From Macrostomum lignano (taxonomy: Eukaryota): a stretch of DNA of 64,000 bases. The notes beneath the pieces were generated by a model that searched no databases, had not been told where the DNA came from, and was given only the letters and a program-made list of their open reading frames with translations. Of this stretch, positions 25,402-37,997 are shown one piece after another. The stretch lies in the NCBI GenBank assembly GCA_002269645.1, contig NIVC01000206.1, forward strand, positions 310,001 to 374,000, in the 5' to 3' direction. Every line of letters begins with the position of its first letter. Position 1 is the first letter of the stretch. Both the position numbers and the translations under genes were made by a program.

Positions 25402-26394
25402 TCTCCTCACAGTGGAGTTTTATAGGTTTGCTTGCTACCTAAACTTTTGGGCTCCACTGATCACCCTCTCCTTTCATTATTTGACTCCAAACCCCTAAGC
25501 TGGCAACCCCCAAACACCAAAACCAAAAGCCTAGTCTTGTGCACAGATTTTTTGTCCAATTTTTGTCCTTATATCTTTTATTTTCATAATGAGTTTAAAC
25601 TAACTAAAGCTGGTAGATGGAGTTTATGCATGATTTATATGCTTATAACTTAGCATTTTTTACTTACAATAATGCAAAGTATAAAGGGTTCTTCAAAAGA
25701 AACAAACAAGAATATAACATGTTTGCTTTTAAAAGGATGAATTTGTAGTCAATCAAATGTAACTCAACTATAGCTATAAATAAAACCAATATTTATACTG
25801 ATAATACTATTTATATGCTACCATGCAAATAAGTGCCTAAGATAAATGTATTTATTTTGGATTTGAAAAGAGCTCTTAATTTCCTGAAATTGGGGACTTA
25901 AGTAGTGAAGACAAAAATGTTTGATATTATATGCTTATTAGGAAAGGAGTATTGCAACTTGCAAGGCTAAAATTTAGGTAAATGTTCAAACTTTCAATAT
26001 AAGGAGAACTCTTAAGCCCCTAGGGTTAGTGACTGAAAGAATATTTTGACACTATATACACATTGTAGTTGGATAGTAGGTACTTAAGTTAAGGTGAACA
26101 AAGTCTATAGAAAAGCTACCCAGGATTTACCATTATCAAAGAAATCTAGATTACAAAGGAGGCTTCTTGGAAACTAACTAATAAGCAGGCCATTGCTCTA
26201 ATGGTAAGATCTTGATAGTTGGTAAGAATTGGAGATTTGTTACTTTAGTTAGTTAAAAAATATAAGAGAAAGGAGAAAAAAGAGAAAGGAAGTCTGTTCT
26301 TTTATCTATCAAGGCATTCTTGTATCATATGCAAATTGTGCAACAATGAGCTTGCTGAAGTTTTTGGCATATACCATAATCAGTGCCACAATGT

Positions 26395-26557
26395 CATACA
26401 TGCGCAACCTTGGGAATCACTTGGCTGTTTCTATTGGCAACACTATTGGTAAGTCGCTATTGGCTGAGAGCAGTCACGTGACTACTATTCTGTCCAATAG
26501 CGACAGATGTTGCCAATAGAAACAGCCGGGTGAATCCCTAGATTGCACCCAAGCATG
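26395..26557 (+). mobile_element. Palindromic hAT MITE (family A)
   Basis: catacatgcgcaacc...cccaagcatg; perfect 8-bp TSD cacaatgt (26387-26394 / 26558-26565). Confidence 0.93.
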
Positions 26558-27041
26558 CACAATGTGATATAAGAATTTGTAGGCCTTGCCTAGTCTTCTA
26601 ATAACTATCAATGACAACATCAATATACAAACCAATCATTCACTATATTGACTTTGTCCTTAGTCTATCCATAGGTCTTCCCCTAGTTTATTAGAATATA
26701 CAATAAGATATTATTTGGCCTTCTATATATGGCATACAATATAAAGTAAAAAAGTGTTAGATGCATGTTATTATGCTTAGAATGTTGAACTTTGTGACTT
26801 AGAAGCCAAAATTATAGTAATTTTAATATTTATAAGCATGAAGCCTGCAGATTTCTTCAACTTCAATAGGTCAGAGGCTGAAGGGTAAAGTATAGATATT
26901 AGTACTTAATTTGATTGTCCTTTGTTTTTAGTTCCTTAGTGAGGTCCATGTTTTTTCATATAAATTCATGTTACTAAATGCAATCATCTGGTAAAAAAGT
27001 CAAATCTAAACAAATTTCAATTTTGTTTGGCATCATTACAG

Positions 27042-30000
27042 GGCTGCAATTGCCACATTGACAGCCGTGCAGCCTGGCTCAGTTGGCCAGAAGCTACCAA
27101 TGTAGAATTCACAACCGCAGATGAGCTGGACTCAGCTGTTGACGATGTTGACTTGGTTGATGGAGTTCCAACTTTAAGATTTCTCTCTGCTGCAGCACTA
27201 ACAGAGGACTCAAACTTTCTAAGAAATCACTGTCTATCATTGAGTCCGCCTAGATCTGTTTGGCCTCAATTAGTTCGCAGTGCCATTAAACAGGGTCACA
27301 GTCTCAGCTTGGTTCATCTGGCCACTGTATGGCCTTTTGATGAGTTCTCAGTACTAGATACTGCGCCACTGTCTTTCACCGCAACAATTGACAGTCTTCA
27401 GAAGCCTAGTAGATGTCGAAATCTTGCCCTGTCAGAAATCTGGTCATTAATCTGCCTGGCTGTGATCAATCGATGCCGAAATAACTCGGCTTCATCCGCA
27501 ACTGCACCAGCATCGATTCGCTATCATTTGCCTGGTCAGCCGCCATCTGCGCAGCAGCAGTTTGCTTTCCTTGATCAGCTAGCAAGTTGCGGCGATGTTA
27601 GCAGATCTGTTCAAGTTGATCTTGACGTTGCTGTTGAAGGTCACAATGAACTGTTGCGCCTAGCGTCTGTTGTATCGCGCTGTTATCGAGGTCAGCTACG
27701 CTTGCGACGACTTTGTGTAGCATCCGTGCATCCAATGAAACTGTTGAGCGTTGTAAACGAACTTAAAATTGGTAGCTGGAGAAGTGTTAATGAAGAGGTG
27801 GGTTTTCATAACAGCGTATTCAGATTTTGTGAATATAGATTTTAGTATATAGGACTAGCAATCAGCGCCCCCCCATTGGGGCGAAGAGGCAACATATAAA
27901 GAAATGAACATTTTTGGGATAAACTACATGTAAGTCTTCTAACATGTACTGTTAGTATCCTAAGGAATCTGTAATCTTTGGAATTTTAAGCCCTGGCCTA
28001 AGCCTAATTTTCCTTCGATCTACCTTTGGCTTGACCTTGACAACTTTCAATTGACCCTTGGCATCTATCTCAGCGATTCTCCCCAAGAACAAAAAAAAAC
28101 ACAAGTTCGAACCAGATAGACGAATTCAGTATCAAATAAAACATGAGTAGCTGATGTGTTTATCAAGTTACCCGATCCTAAAAACCTTACAGGCATATGC
28201 TGTTACCCTAACAAAATTAAACGAAGCTAGAGGGCCCTTACTTTCTTTTCGTTATAAATCGCACGCACTACTAGAGTCTATCTTGTATTTGCAGCACTAG
28301 TTAATCTATATTTTTCTTTCCCAGTCGCTACCGATCAGTGTTTGTCTGACAGACACCGATCTGAGAATTGGCAGCCTATCTCAGGTCAATGCTAGTCAAC
28401 TTTGGCAAAGTCTTCTTGACAATGCAACCTGCCTGGACCTGAGCCGTAGTCGCCTTGATCGTCGTTCAGTTATTAGCCTTGGAGCACTGTTAGGCTTGGC
28501 CTCAGTTGATCACAATAATGCAGCAAATGCAACACCAATGAGCAGCCGTTTGCAGCATCTCAATTTAAGCGGCAATCCTGGCATCCAGCTGCCTTCTTTT
28601 GGTTCTATAGTCGACAATTTGACTGCTTTGTGCCTTGCCGGCTGCAGATTGCGAGCGAACTCATCAGATCTGTTGGCTGTTATGAACGCATGTCGTTTGA
28701 CTTTGCAGCATTTGGATCTGTCCGATAATCCTTTGCTGCTTCCGGCGGAAGTGATTGAAACTTCCGGCGCTTCGTTCTATGGTAAACAGCCTTGTATGAG
28801 GGTTGTACACCCCGTGTCCTTCGTTGGTTTTACACCCCGTATCCTTATATAGTTGTGTGACCCGTGTTCTTAGATAGTAAGGCACACCCCGTGTCCTTAG
28901 GTTGTTGTAAACCAGGGTCGGCAAACTTTTACCGCAAGGGCCAGATAGAGAATCTAGCGCATGACTGCGGGCCAGAGGATTGGAAGAGAGGAAAGAGAGA
29001 TAGGAGAAAGGAGATGAGGTAATAAAGAAGGTGAGGGGAGACGAGATGAGGGATGAAATCGAAGAGGGGGAAAAGGGAAGAGGAGAGGAGGGAGGGAAGA
29101 TTAGAGGAGGGAGGGAAGAGGAGAGGAGGGAGGGAAGAGGAGAGGAGGGAGAGAAGAGTAGAGGAGGGAAGGAAGAGGAGAGGAGGGAGAGAAGATTAGA
29201 GGAGGGAGGGAAGAGGAGAGGAGGGAGGGAAGAGGAGAGGAGGGAGGGAAGAGGAGAGGAGGGAGAGAAGATTAGAGGAGGGAGGGAAGAGGAGAGGAGG
29301 GAGGGAAGAGGAGAGGAGGGAGAGAAGAGTAGAGGAGGGAAGGAAGAGGAGAGGAGGGAGGGAAGAGGAGAGGAGGGAGGGAAGAGGAGAGGAGGGAGAG
29401 AAGATTAGAGGAGGGAGGGAAGAGGAGAGGAGGGAGGGAAGAGGAGAGGAGGGAGGGAAGAGGAGAGGAGGGAGAGAAGATTAGAGGAGGGAGGGAAGAG
29501 GAGAGGAGGGAGGGAAGAGGAGAGGAGGGAGAGAAGATTAGAGGAGGGAGGGAAGAGGAGAGGAGGGAGGGAAGAGGAGAGGAGGGAGGGAAGAGGAGAG
29601 GAGGGAGAGAAGAGTAGAGGAGGGAAGGAAGAGGAGAGGAGGGGGGAAGAGGAGAGGAGGGAGAGAAGAGGAGAAAGGGAAGAGGAGAGGAGTGAGGGAA
29701 GAGGAGAGGAGGGAGGTAAGAGGAGAGGAGGGAGGGAAGAGATTAGGGAGATAAAAGAGAGAAGAGAGCTGAGAAGAGCCGCAAACCTTGAGCAAGATTG
29801 CTATTGTGAAGTTTCAAAGAACCTGAGAACCGGATAGAGAGTGTAGAGAGCGAAGCCGAGAGAGAGAAAGTTGTGTTGTGTGTAGCCGATAAAGCCTCAA
29901 TCAATTGTAGGCTCTGTGCGATCGATTTATATATTTAGCAGCGACCCTGCAGTTGAGACTGCGTACATTAAAAACAGAAAGCCAAGAATATTGGATGTAC

Positions 30001-30688
30001 ATCGGAAATGCACACCAGGACTAAAAACACTTATTATGCAAGCACTGGGCAGCAGGTGCCTACAGAGAGGCTTCGCGGGCCATGTTTGCCGACCCCTGTT
30101 ATAAACACTATCCTGTGTCCTGTGTCCTTCAAGATGGTCCATAGACCTTAGACAGTGCAGTGTCTTAGTGGACGCGTGTCCTGAAAATATTCTGTTCAAC
30201 TATTACGAGTGTCCTACTTAAACAATTTCACTTCTCCAGCAGAACTGTTTCGTCTGCAACGGCTGTCCTCACTACGCCTAGCCTGTCTAACCAGTCCTGG
30301 TGGATTGGACAGGGAAATTGGAGCCAACGGACGCAACTCTTCGGTAGCTTTACTATTAGACTCTGTGCTAACTGGCTGCCCTAAATTGTGCCGGTTAGAC
30401 ATTAGCGATTGGCCAGTTGGCACTAGAGATTGGGCCACTAGCTTGCTGCCGATACTACTAACTAGTAGCGATGCGAGTAGGTCGCACTCTCTGAAATTGC
30501 TAGTGCTCAGCTGGCCTAGAGGCTATCAAGCGGACGATTGGTCCGATGGAAGCGGCGAATTTCGTGACGCTGAGGATGGCGAAGATTTCGAAGAATTTCA
30601 AGCCGAGCTGGATATTGAAGCCAGGGACTCCTATGCTGCTGGTGTAGATCGTTTGCAGTCTGCTGGCTGCGGTCTTGTTTGGGTCTAA
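27042..30688 (+). CDS. Leucine-rich-repeat protein of unknown orthology; exons 27042-27797, 28325-28781, 30240-30688
   Basis: LRR motifs LDLSRSRL, LQHLNLSGNP, LTALCLAGCRL, LQHLDLSDNP, LCRLDISDW. GT-AG junctions (phases 0 and 1) keep the frame. No in-frame ATG near the 5' end, so the start is unresolved. Confidence 0.8.
28913..30098 (+). mobile_element. hAT Charlie/Buster-like non-autonomous element with GA-rich interior, in LRR intron 2
   Basis: TIRs cagggtcggcaaac / gtttgccgacccctg; 8-bp TSD ttgtaaac / ttataaac with central TA (1 mismatch). Related segments near 35020-36008, 48262-49333 and 61203-61545. Confidence 0.75.
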
Positions 30689-30759
30689 TATTTCCATATT
30701 TGTAGGCTCTCTGTGGTTTCTAATGTTGTCAATTTGTTTGCGATTAACTATTGAGATTT

Positions 30760-31420
30760 TCAGACCGGAAGTTTCAAATTAGCTAATGAGGCTTCCAGAC
30801 CGGAAGTGTCAAATAAGCTAATTAGGCTTCCAGACCGGAAGTGTCAAAATAGCTAATTAGGCTTCCAGACCGGAAGTGTCAAATTAGCTAATTAGGCTTC
30901 CAGACCGGAAGTGTCAAATTAGCTAATTAGGCTTCCAGACCGGAAGTGTCAAATTAGCTAATGAGGCTTCCAGACCGGAAGTGTCAAATTATCTAATTAG
31001 GCTTCCAGACCGGAAGTTTGAAATTAGCTAATTAGGCTTCCAGACCGAAAGTGTCAAATTAGCTAATTAGGCTTCCAGACCGGAAGTGTCAAATTAGCTA
31101 ATCAGGCTTCCAGACCGGAAGTGTCAAATTAGCTAATTAGGCTTCCAGACCGGAAGTGTCAAATTAGCTAATTAGGCTTCCAGACCGGAAGTGTCAAATT
31201 AGCTAATTAGGCTTCCAGACCGGAAGTGTCAAATTAGCTAATTAGGCTTCCAGACCGGAAGTGTCAAATTAGCTAATTAGTCTTCCAGACCGGAAGTGTC
31301 AAATTAGCTAATCAGGCTTCCAGACCGGAAGTGTCAGATTAGCTAATTAGGCTTCCAGACCGGAAGTGTCAAATTAGCTAGTTAGGCTTCCAGACCGGAA
31401 GTGTCAAATTAGCTACCGAG
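30760..31420. repeat. 35-bp minisatellite (aaattagctaattaggcttccagaccggaagtgtc)
   Basis: About 19 tandem units starting about 70 bp after the LRR stop. Confidence 0.97.
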
Positions 31421-31789
31421 ACTATCAGTAGCTTGTTAAAACATAGATTTTCCTGACTATTTTTTGGCGTGGACCTTGATTGTTGCTAATTGATTCTTAA
31501 ACGACGATTTGCCTTTCAGTTTTAATTGGAAAATACTGTCACTGTTTGATCAACGCTTTAAAATTGCTTTATTTATGTGCCAATAAATAAATATTCGACT
31601 ATTCATGCCAATGAATAGTATTTATTTAATTAATAAATACATATTTTATTTAAATAAACTTGGTTACTAATTTTAATAAGTTAGATTTGGCTTACAGCTT
31701 TTTTGATTTTTATTGGCAGCAATTAATTTCACTAGATCCAAATCTAAAGTCTTAGACTTTACATCGTACGCCTCATCCCAATCCCTTTA

Positions 31790-32185
31790 TTAAACAATTC
31801 ACCCAAATCCCTACCTCAAACCCTTCACCAGATCCCTAATTCAACCCTTCGCCCAGATCCGTACTTCAAAACCTTCACCCAGATCCCTACTTCAAAACCT
31901 TCACCCAGATCCCTACTTCAAAACCTTCATCCAGATCCCTACTTCAACCCTTTCACCCAGATCCCTACTTCAACCATTTCACCCAGATCCCTACTTCAAC
32001 ACTTTCACCCAGATCCCTACTTCAACCCTTTCACCCAGATCCCTACTTCAACCCTTTCACCCAGATCCCTACTTTAAAACCTTCACCCAGATCCCTACTT
32101 CAACACTTTCACCCAGATCCCTACTTCAAAACCTTCATCCAGATCCCTACTTCAACCATTTACCCAGATCCCTACTTCAACCATA
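31790..32185. repeat. 26-bp minisatellite (ttcacccagatccctacttcaaaacc)
   Basis: Tandem units; related array at 40205-40760. Confidence 0.93.
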
Positions 32186-32509
32186 AAAATTCTGCTATGG
32201 ACCATAGACATCAAATCATTTTTTAAAACTTGTCTTAACGTTCTTAACGTTCTCGGCTTCGCCTCGTTCAATAAACAAGTCACTCAAGCATTTATTGCCC
32301 TAGCACTGGTTTAAATGGGGAATAATATGTACCTTAGGCAGCGGCTATTATTTCGGCGACTATCGTTTCTAGCTGTCTCAGCTAGTCAGCGGATGAGACA
32401 ACACTGACCATAGATGGCCATGGAGGAAAAGTATGAAATCAGTCATTCCCCGTTTAAAAAATAGTAATACGTGTGTTCCTCACCATCTCAACATACTTTA
32501 GCTTAACTA

Positions 32510-34007
32510 TAGCATTTTGCAGTCAAGTTTGAACTGCGGGCATTCAAATTAGACAAGAAGGGAAGAGCCAAATTTCAGAATCCGTCCCCAAGTCAAGCAG
32601 AACTTTATGTCTGTGGCACAAACTGAAACACACTGACGGGCACTCAATTTAGACAACGGGCATTCAAATTAGAAAATCAGCGGAAAGTCTATGTGTGCCA
32701 GAGAGAAAGACCCAAGGACGACTTAAGTAGAAGGACGGGAAACCTCGTTTCTTAGAAAAGTTTTGAAGGCACTTTTTCCCGAAAAAATACACTACGGAGA
32801 TAGGAAGTTTTCATTTTTTCAGCACAACAATTGTTATTGCGTTTGATAGGAGGCAGATCCAGTGTTCATCTTTTGATATGTTGTGCCTTTTTTATTGCTC
32901 TATCGATATTTATAGAGCTTTCCGTTCAGAAAATTAGGATTCTATGTTAATTTTTTATTCTACGTATATTTTCGCGTGTCTTGTGCTTGAAATACATTAG
33001 AATGCCACGGCTCGGCTCTTTGGTTTCATGAGTCTATTTTATCATTCTTACCCGACTGTGTAGCAAATATTTGTAACAGAGATGATAAAATAGGTTTATA
33101 AAATCAAATATTGGAGCTGTGTCATGCATTTTAGTGATTTTTAGATACAGGAAATATACGTAGAATAAAAAATTAACATAGAATCCTAATTTTCTGAACG
33201 AAAAGCTTTATAAATATCGATAGAGCAATAAAAAAGGCACAACATATCAAAAGATGAACACTGGATCTGCCTCCTATCAAACGCAATAACAATTGTTGTG
33301 CTGAAAAAATGAAAACTTCTTATCTCCGTAGTGTATTTTTTCGGGAAAAAGTGCCTTCAAAACTTTTCTAAGAAACGAGGTTTCCCGTCCTTCTACTTAA
33401 GTCGTCCTTGGAAAGACCATGGACAATCCGATTCGTCGCTATGCAAGAATTTCCAGAGAGAAGCGTGACCTCATTATTGGGGCATGCCAACGTGGTGACT
33501 CTGGCTGAAATTGCCAACATGTTGGATGTCAAGAGATCATCAGTGTACAACATCTGGAACAAGTTTGTTCAGGATGGCCAGCGATACGCGCTACCAAGGG
33601 GAGGAGCCAGGCACCGTCGAATGAATCCTGCAATGAAGGACCATCTGGCCGCCTTGTTGAATGCCAACCCTCTGATGACACTCGGGCAAATGCGGGAATC
33701 GCTTCTTGTTCATTGATGTGCTGAGCACCCTGTTTTGTTTGTTCACACATGCTTACTTTGTTATAACTTGTTCTTATCTTCATAGTTCAGGGTTCACAGA
33801 ATGGTTGTCTGACAACAGACGCAACACGATCTTGAATTGCCCAGCCAATGCGCCTGAGAACTTGTCTAATTTGAATGCCCCTTGTCTAAATTGAGTGCCC
33901 ACCAGTGTGATTTTGTCTAGGCCATAGATAGCATTTTTGCCAGCAGTGAGATCTGGTCAAGCGTCTAATTTGAATGCCCGCAGTTCAAACTTGACTGCAA
34001 AATGCTA
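32510..34007 (+). mobile_element. Tc1/IS630-type deletion derivative with N-terminal HTH transposase remnant
   Basis: 45-bp perfect TIRs (32510-32554 / 33963-34007), TA on both sides, internal repeats of ggcattcaaattaga. ATG at 33419 (MDNPIRRYARISREKRDLII...) frameshifts into AEIANMLDVKRSSVYNIWNKF...PRGG...NP.MTL. No DDE domain seen. Confidence 0.8.
32713..33410. mobile_element. Foldback element (698 bp, arms about 260 bp) nested in the Tc1 relic
   Basis: caaggacgacttaag... / ...cttaagtcgtccttg near-perfect long inverted repeat; perfect 8-bp TSD gaaagacc (32705-32712 / 33411-33418). Confidence 0.9.
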
Positions 34008-34408
34008 TATTAACTCTTAACAGAATTCAGCTTGCTCCCCTTAGCAGATTCAAAACTCAGCACCAAAGCATAGGCCACAGACGAAAAGTCCAAAGTCTAT
34101 TACAGAGATAGGAAAAACAGGTTTTTGGACATTTTCACCCATTTCTTAAGGTGGCACCCTATTTTTTATTAGCCTAAAACATATTCTGGAAAATTTCTCG
34201 TCTATTAGTCCAAGTCCCATCTTTCTACGACTTACCGTTTAAGAGGAAATGCCGCACAAACAAACATACGCCACGGTCTCAGCTTTAGTATTTAGATATT
34301 ACATGTGCAAACAACACGTGAGTTTTAGTATTAGGATAGATAGATCAGTAGAACATACAGCAGTTTTTTCTTTCCCCTTTTATGCTCTGAATCGTCCATT
34401 AACTTAGA

Positions 34409-34690
34409 ATGTCGGCCCAGTCGCCAGCCTCAATGTCGCTAATGGAACAGGAGCTGAATCGGGCTCAGATTCGAGAGATTTTCACCTCGTTCAATCGATC
34501 GCATCAGCGCTGCTTCACCGATTGCGTTAACAAATTCGACAGGCGAAGCGTTAGCGATTCGGAGAAGAATTGCGTAGCAAACTGCGTGGCCAAGTATATG
34601 AATACTACTCAGAGAATTTCTATGCGATTCCAGGAGCACCAGGCCATGATCACGGGCGGCGGGGCTGTTGCTCAAGGCCAGGGAAAATAG
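34409..34690 (+). CDS. TIMM9: Mitochondrial intermembrane space chaperone Tim9 (small Tim), intronless
   Basis: Twin CX3C (CFTDC...CVANC) and KYMNTTQRISMRFQEH typical of Tim9. Confidence 0.88.
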   Translation: MSAQSPASMSLMEQELNRAQIREIFTSFNRSHQRCFTDCVNKFDRRSVSDSEKNCVANCVAKYMNTTQRISMRFQEHQAMITGGGAVAQGQGK

Positions 34691-35129
34691 ACTGCTTTGC
34701 GAATGTTTTTTATAGTCTGGTTGGCATTTTAAGCATCCTAGTAAAGTACATAATTTAATAATTGTCAACAACTATTGTCTGTTTTGTCCGCAACAAAAAG
34801 TGCAATTTTGTCTTTCTTTCTTTCAGATTCCAGCTTGCAGACTAGTAAAACAGTAGGATAGGATCACTGGAGGTTGGTTTTTTAGTTGCAAATAGATTTG
34901 CGAGATATGAAGTTTTCTGGGTTTTAGCACTGTATCGACAGAATACCATCTTCTGAATTTTTGAATTGCAAATGAAACGAATTGATTAAGGAGTAAATTT
35001 TTAACAGGCCTTAGCAATCCATGGCTCCGGGCCAGATGAGAGAGGAAAGGAGAGGGAACAAAGAGAGAAAAGAGAAGATAAAAGATGAGAAGATAAAATT
35101 TTTGCACTTACTTTCATATACGGCAATCT

Positions 35130-35735
35130 TTTTAGCGGTTGTGAAGTTTCGCGGTTGTGAAAGTAGGTGATTTAGCGGTTGTGAAGCTTCGCGGTTGTGA
35201 AAGTAGGTGATTTAGCGGTTGTGAAGTGTCGCGGTTGTGAAAGTAGGTGATTTAGCGGTTATGAAAGTAGGTGATTTAGCGGTTGTGAAAGTCGGTGATT
35301 TAGCGGTTGTGAAGTTTCGCGGTTGTGAAAGTCGGTGATTTAGCGGTTGTGAAGTTTCGCTGTTGTGAAAGTAGGTGATTTAGCGGTTGTGAAAGTAGGT
35401 GATTTAGCGGTTGTGAAAGTAGGTGATTTAGCGGTTGTGAAGTTTCGCGGTTGTGAAAGTCGGTGATTTAGCGGTTGTGAAAGTAGGTGATTTAGCGGTT
35501 GTGAAGTTTCGCTGTTGTGAAAGTAGGTGATTTAGCGGTTATGAAAGTAGGTGATTTAGCGGTTGTGAAGTTTCGCGGTTGTGAAAGTAGGTGATTTAGC
35601 GGTTGTGAAGTTTCGCGGTTGTGAAAGTAGGTGATTTAGCGGTTGTGAAGTTTCGCTGTTGTGAAAGTATGAAAGTAGGTGATTTAGCGGTTGTGAAGTT
35701 TCGCGGTTGTGAAAGTAGGTGATTTGGCGGTTGGG
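35130..35735. repeat. Compound minisatellite (gcggttgtgaaagtaggtgattta / gcggttgtgaagtttc)
   Basis: Interleaved tandem units. Confidence 0.95.
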
Positions 35736-35761
35736 AAATTTCGCGTTTGTGAAAGCAATCC

Positions 35762-35853
35762 GTCTTGCTCAAGGACACAAATTGTTCTTATTAGCATCGG
35801 GAATAGAACCCCGTACCTTCAAGTCGTGCGTCCGACGCTCTGACCACTAGGCT
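35762..35853 (-). mobile_element. tRNA-derived SINE fragment
   Basis: Reverse strand shows A box tagcctagtgg, B box ggttctattcc, then aacaatttgtgtccttgagcaagac shared with the copy at 38945. Confidence 0.7.
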
Positions 35854-36349
35854 ATTGTAAAACCCCTTTAGAAGATTGAAAGAGTTGAAAGGAAAGAGGA
35901 GGTAAGACAGCTGAAAAGAGACCTTGAGCGGGCCGGATCGCCATTGTGAGTTTCAAAGGACCCCAAGACCGGATAGAAGCTTCGCGAGCCGGAGTTTGCC
36001 GACCAACTCCTGGACTAGAAAAGGCACACTTGAGCACAAGCACAACAAAAATTTCCATCAGAACGTCTTTTGCCTGATTGCTCGCCTCCATGGCTAGAAA
36101 ATAATAGTTTGATTAACTTGCGAAAGACACTTTGGTATTTTGCTCCATATAAAATTCGGAACCTCAGAAGGTGAAGTTTTGTCTGTATTTTGTGGCGATA
36201 ACCAGCCTCCAGTGAAATTTGAGTGCAGAGTCCTGCTTTGATTATCCATGGTCAAAAGTCAGTTGCGTATCTGAGATGAAATTTCATCGACAGCTCCAAA
36301 AGTGGAAAAAAAGTCCAACTTTTAAATATTTGTAATATAAATTCTTCAG

Positions 36350-37525
36350 GAAAGCCAACCGTCTGCTGTAACAGTGGCAGCAACAGCGCCACAGTGCGTC
36401 GCAGCTGAAGCTTCACATTCATCTGAGAGCCAAGTTGAAGTTAACACACTAGTTGAACTAACAGATTGCAATCTTAACTTAGAAGCAAGCCAGGGTCGAA
36501 GTCAGCAAGCTAATAAACAACGATTTAAACAAGCGCGAGCGCCTCCGCCTGCAAAACAACAAGCTGAGGCATGCCAGTCATTGAATTTCCGTAATCCAGT
36601 AACCGCACGTTATCCAAACACGGATCAGTTGTGGCACAGAGTTGGAGAATTATCCCTATTCGATTGGTCAGTGTCCGGCAACGAGACTTGCATAGTAGTT
36701 CGCGGTCGAGGCTTCTGCATCGCTCTAGACGTTGGCGCCTGCCCGCCGCAGGCTGTGGACGCCGATCACGTGTTTATTAGTCACGGTCACGTTGATCATT
36801 GCGGCGCATTGCACATGCATATTAGAAAGCGTCAGTTGCTTAGACTGCCACCGGCTGTCTACTACATGCCCGAATGTCTAATAAATCCAATGCAATCTAC
36901 ATTGGCTGCATTTGTTACCATGCAAGGTGACAGCGACTATGCGGAAATGGTGTCCAACTCTAGACTTGTCGGTTTGAAAGTTGGCGATCGAGTTCCAATT
37001 AGTAATGACAATAATCAGCCTGCCGATGCAGCCAGTCTGACCTTGAGCGTATTCGCTACTGATCATCGGGTGCCCAGTTTGGGCTGCATATTGCGCCGTA
37101 GACACATCGTTTTGCTGCCCGAATGTCGTCGACTGAGACAGGATGAGCTGCGAGCACGGGTTGCTCAGGGCCTGCCAGTGCGCGGTCCCGAGTGGGAGCC
37201 GTTGCTAGGCTACACTGGAGACACCAGATTCAATGTATTCTTAACGCCGCAAGATCCGGACTTGTTGCGCGTTAGATTGCTCATTTCCGAGTTGACATTT
37301 TTGAGTGGTTCGATTGAACGCGCAGATAGTTTTGGACATTGTCACGTTGATCAATTTGCGCAGCATTGGAGACTGTTTGGCGCTGTGAATCGGCTTGTGT
37401 TTGTGCACTTTAGCAATAAGGTTTTACCGGAAGAGATTCTTGAGCGGGTGTACTCAACTTTGCCTCAACAGCTGGGTCGCAGAGTCTACTGCGGACTGAT
37501 TGCCAAGAGATTGCTGTATTCATGA
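36350..37525 (+). CDS. Short tRNase Z, TM-type/plant TRZ1-like (MBL fold), paralogue A
   Basis: SVSGNETC, DVGACP, HVFISHGHVDH (HxHxDH), ATDHRVPSLG, YTGDT, SELTF, GHCH, VHFS. Frame is open from the phase-0 acceptor at 36350, with no ATG before the conserved domain. Confidence 0.85.
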   Translation, partial: ESQPSAVTVAATAPQCVAAEASHSSESQVEVNTLVELTDCNLNLEASQGRSQQANKQRFKQARAPPPAKQQAEACQSLNFRNPVTARYPNTDQLWHRVGELSLFDWSVSGNETCIVVRGRGFCIALDVGACPPQAVDADHVFISHGHVDHCGALHMHIRKRQLLRLPPAVYYMPECLINPMQSTLAAFVTMQGDSDYAEMVSNSRLVGLKVGDRVPISNDNNQPADAASLTLSVFATDHRVPSLGCILRRRHIVLLPECRRLRQDELRARVAQGLPVRGPEWEPLLGYTGDTRFNVFLTPQDPDLLRVRLLISELTFLSGSIERADSFGHCHVDQFAQHWRLFGAVNRLVFVHFSNKVLPEEILERVYSTLPQQLGRRVYCGLIAKRLLYS

Positions 37526-37825
37526 GCCATGGACTACAAAATGAAAGAGAAACTTTCCAAACAGAGCTTGTTATCCTTAAGTAATTTGCTTGTACACAAG
37601 CTTGGTAACTATATGTGCAATAGACAGACTGATATGTACCGAAACAAATCTGATATAGCTGAATATGAGCAACCATTCTCAACCATCCGATTTATCGTGG
37701 CTTTGAGGCAAGCATAGAAATCGAACACCAAAATGGTGTACACTTCTTCTCTGAGATAAAAAGACTGTAAAGGATTGCTCATCTGCAAAATGACTGCGGT
37801 TAAAAGGGTCCTCAAAAATTGAGAA

Positions 37826-37997
37826 CATGCTTGGGCGCAACCTAGGGATTCACCCGGCCGTTTCTATTGGCAACACACACATGTAAGTCGCTATTGGACG
37901 GAATAGTAGTCACGTGACTGCTCTCAGCCAATAGCGACTTACATGTGTGTGTTGCCAATAGAAACGGCCGAGTGATTCCCAAGGTTGCGCATGTATG
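37826..37997 (-). mobile_element. Palindromic hAT MITE (family A)
   Basis: Nearly identical to 17954-18125; flanks aaattgagaa / aatttgagaa (imperfect duplication). Confidence 0.9.

Noticed and set aside
30760-31420. CRISPR-like appearance of the 35-bp arrays (also 41370-42155, 61985-62445)
   Set aside because: Head-to-tail units with no unique spacers, no cas genes, eukaryotic context.
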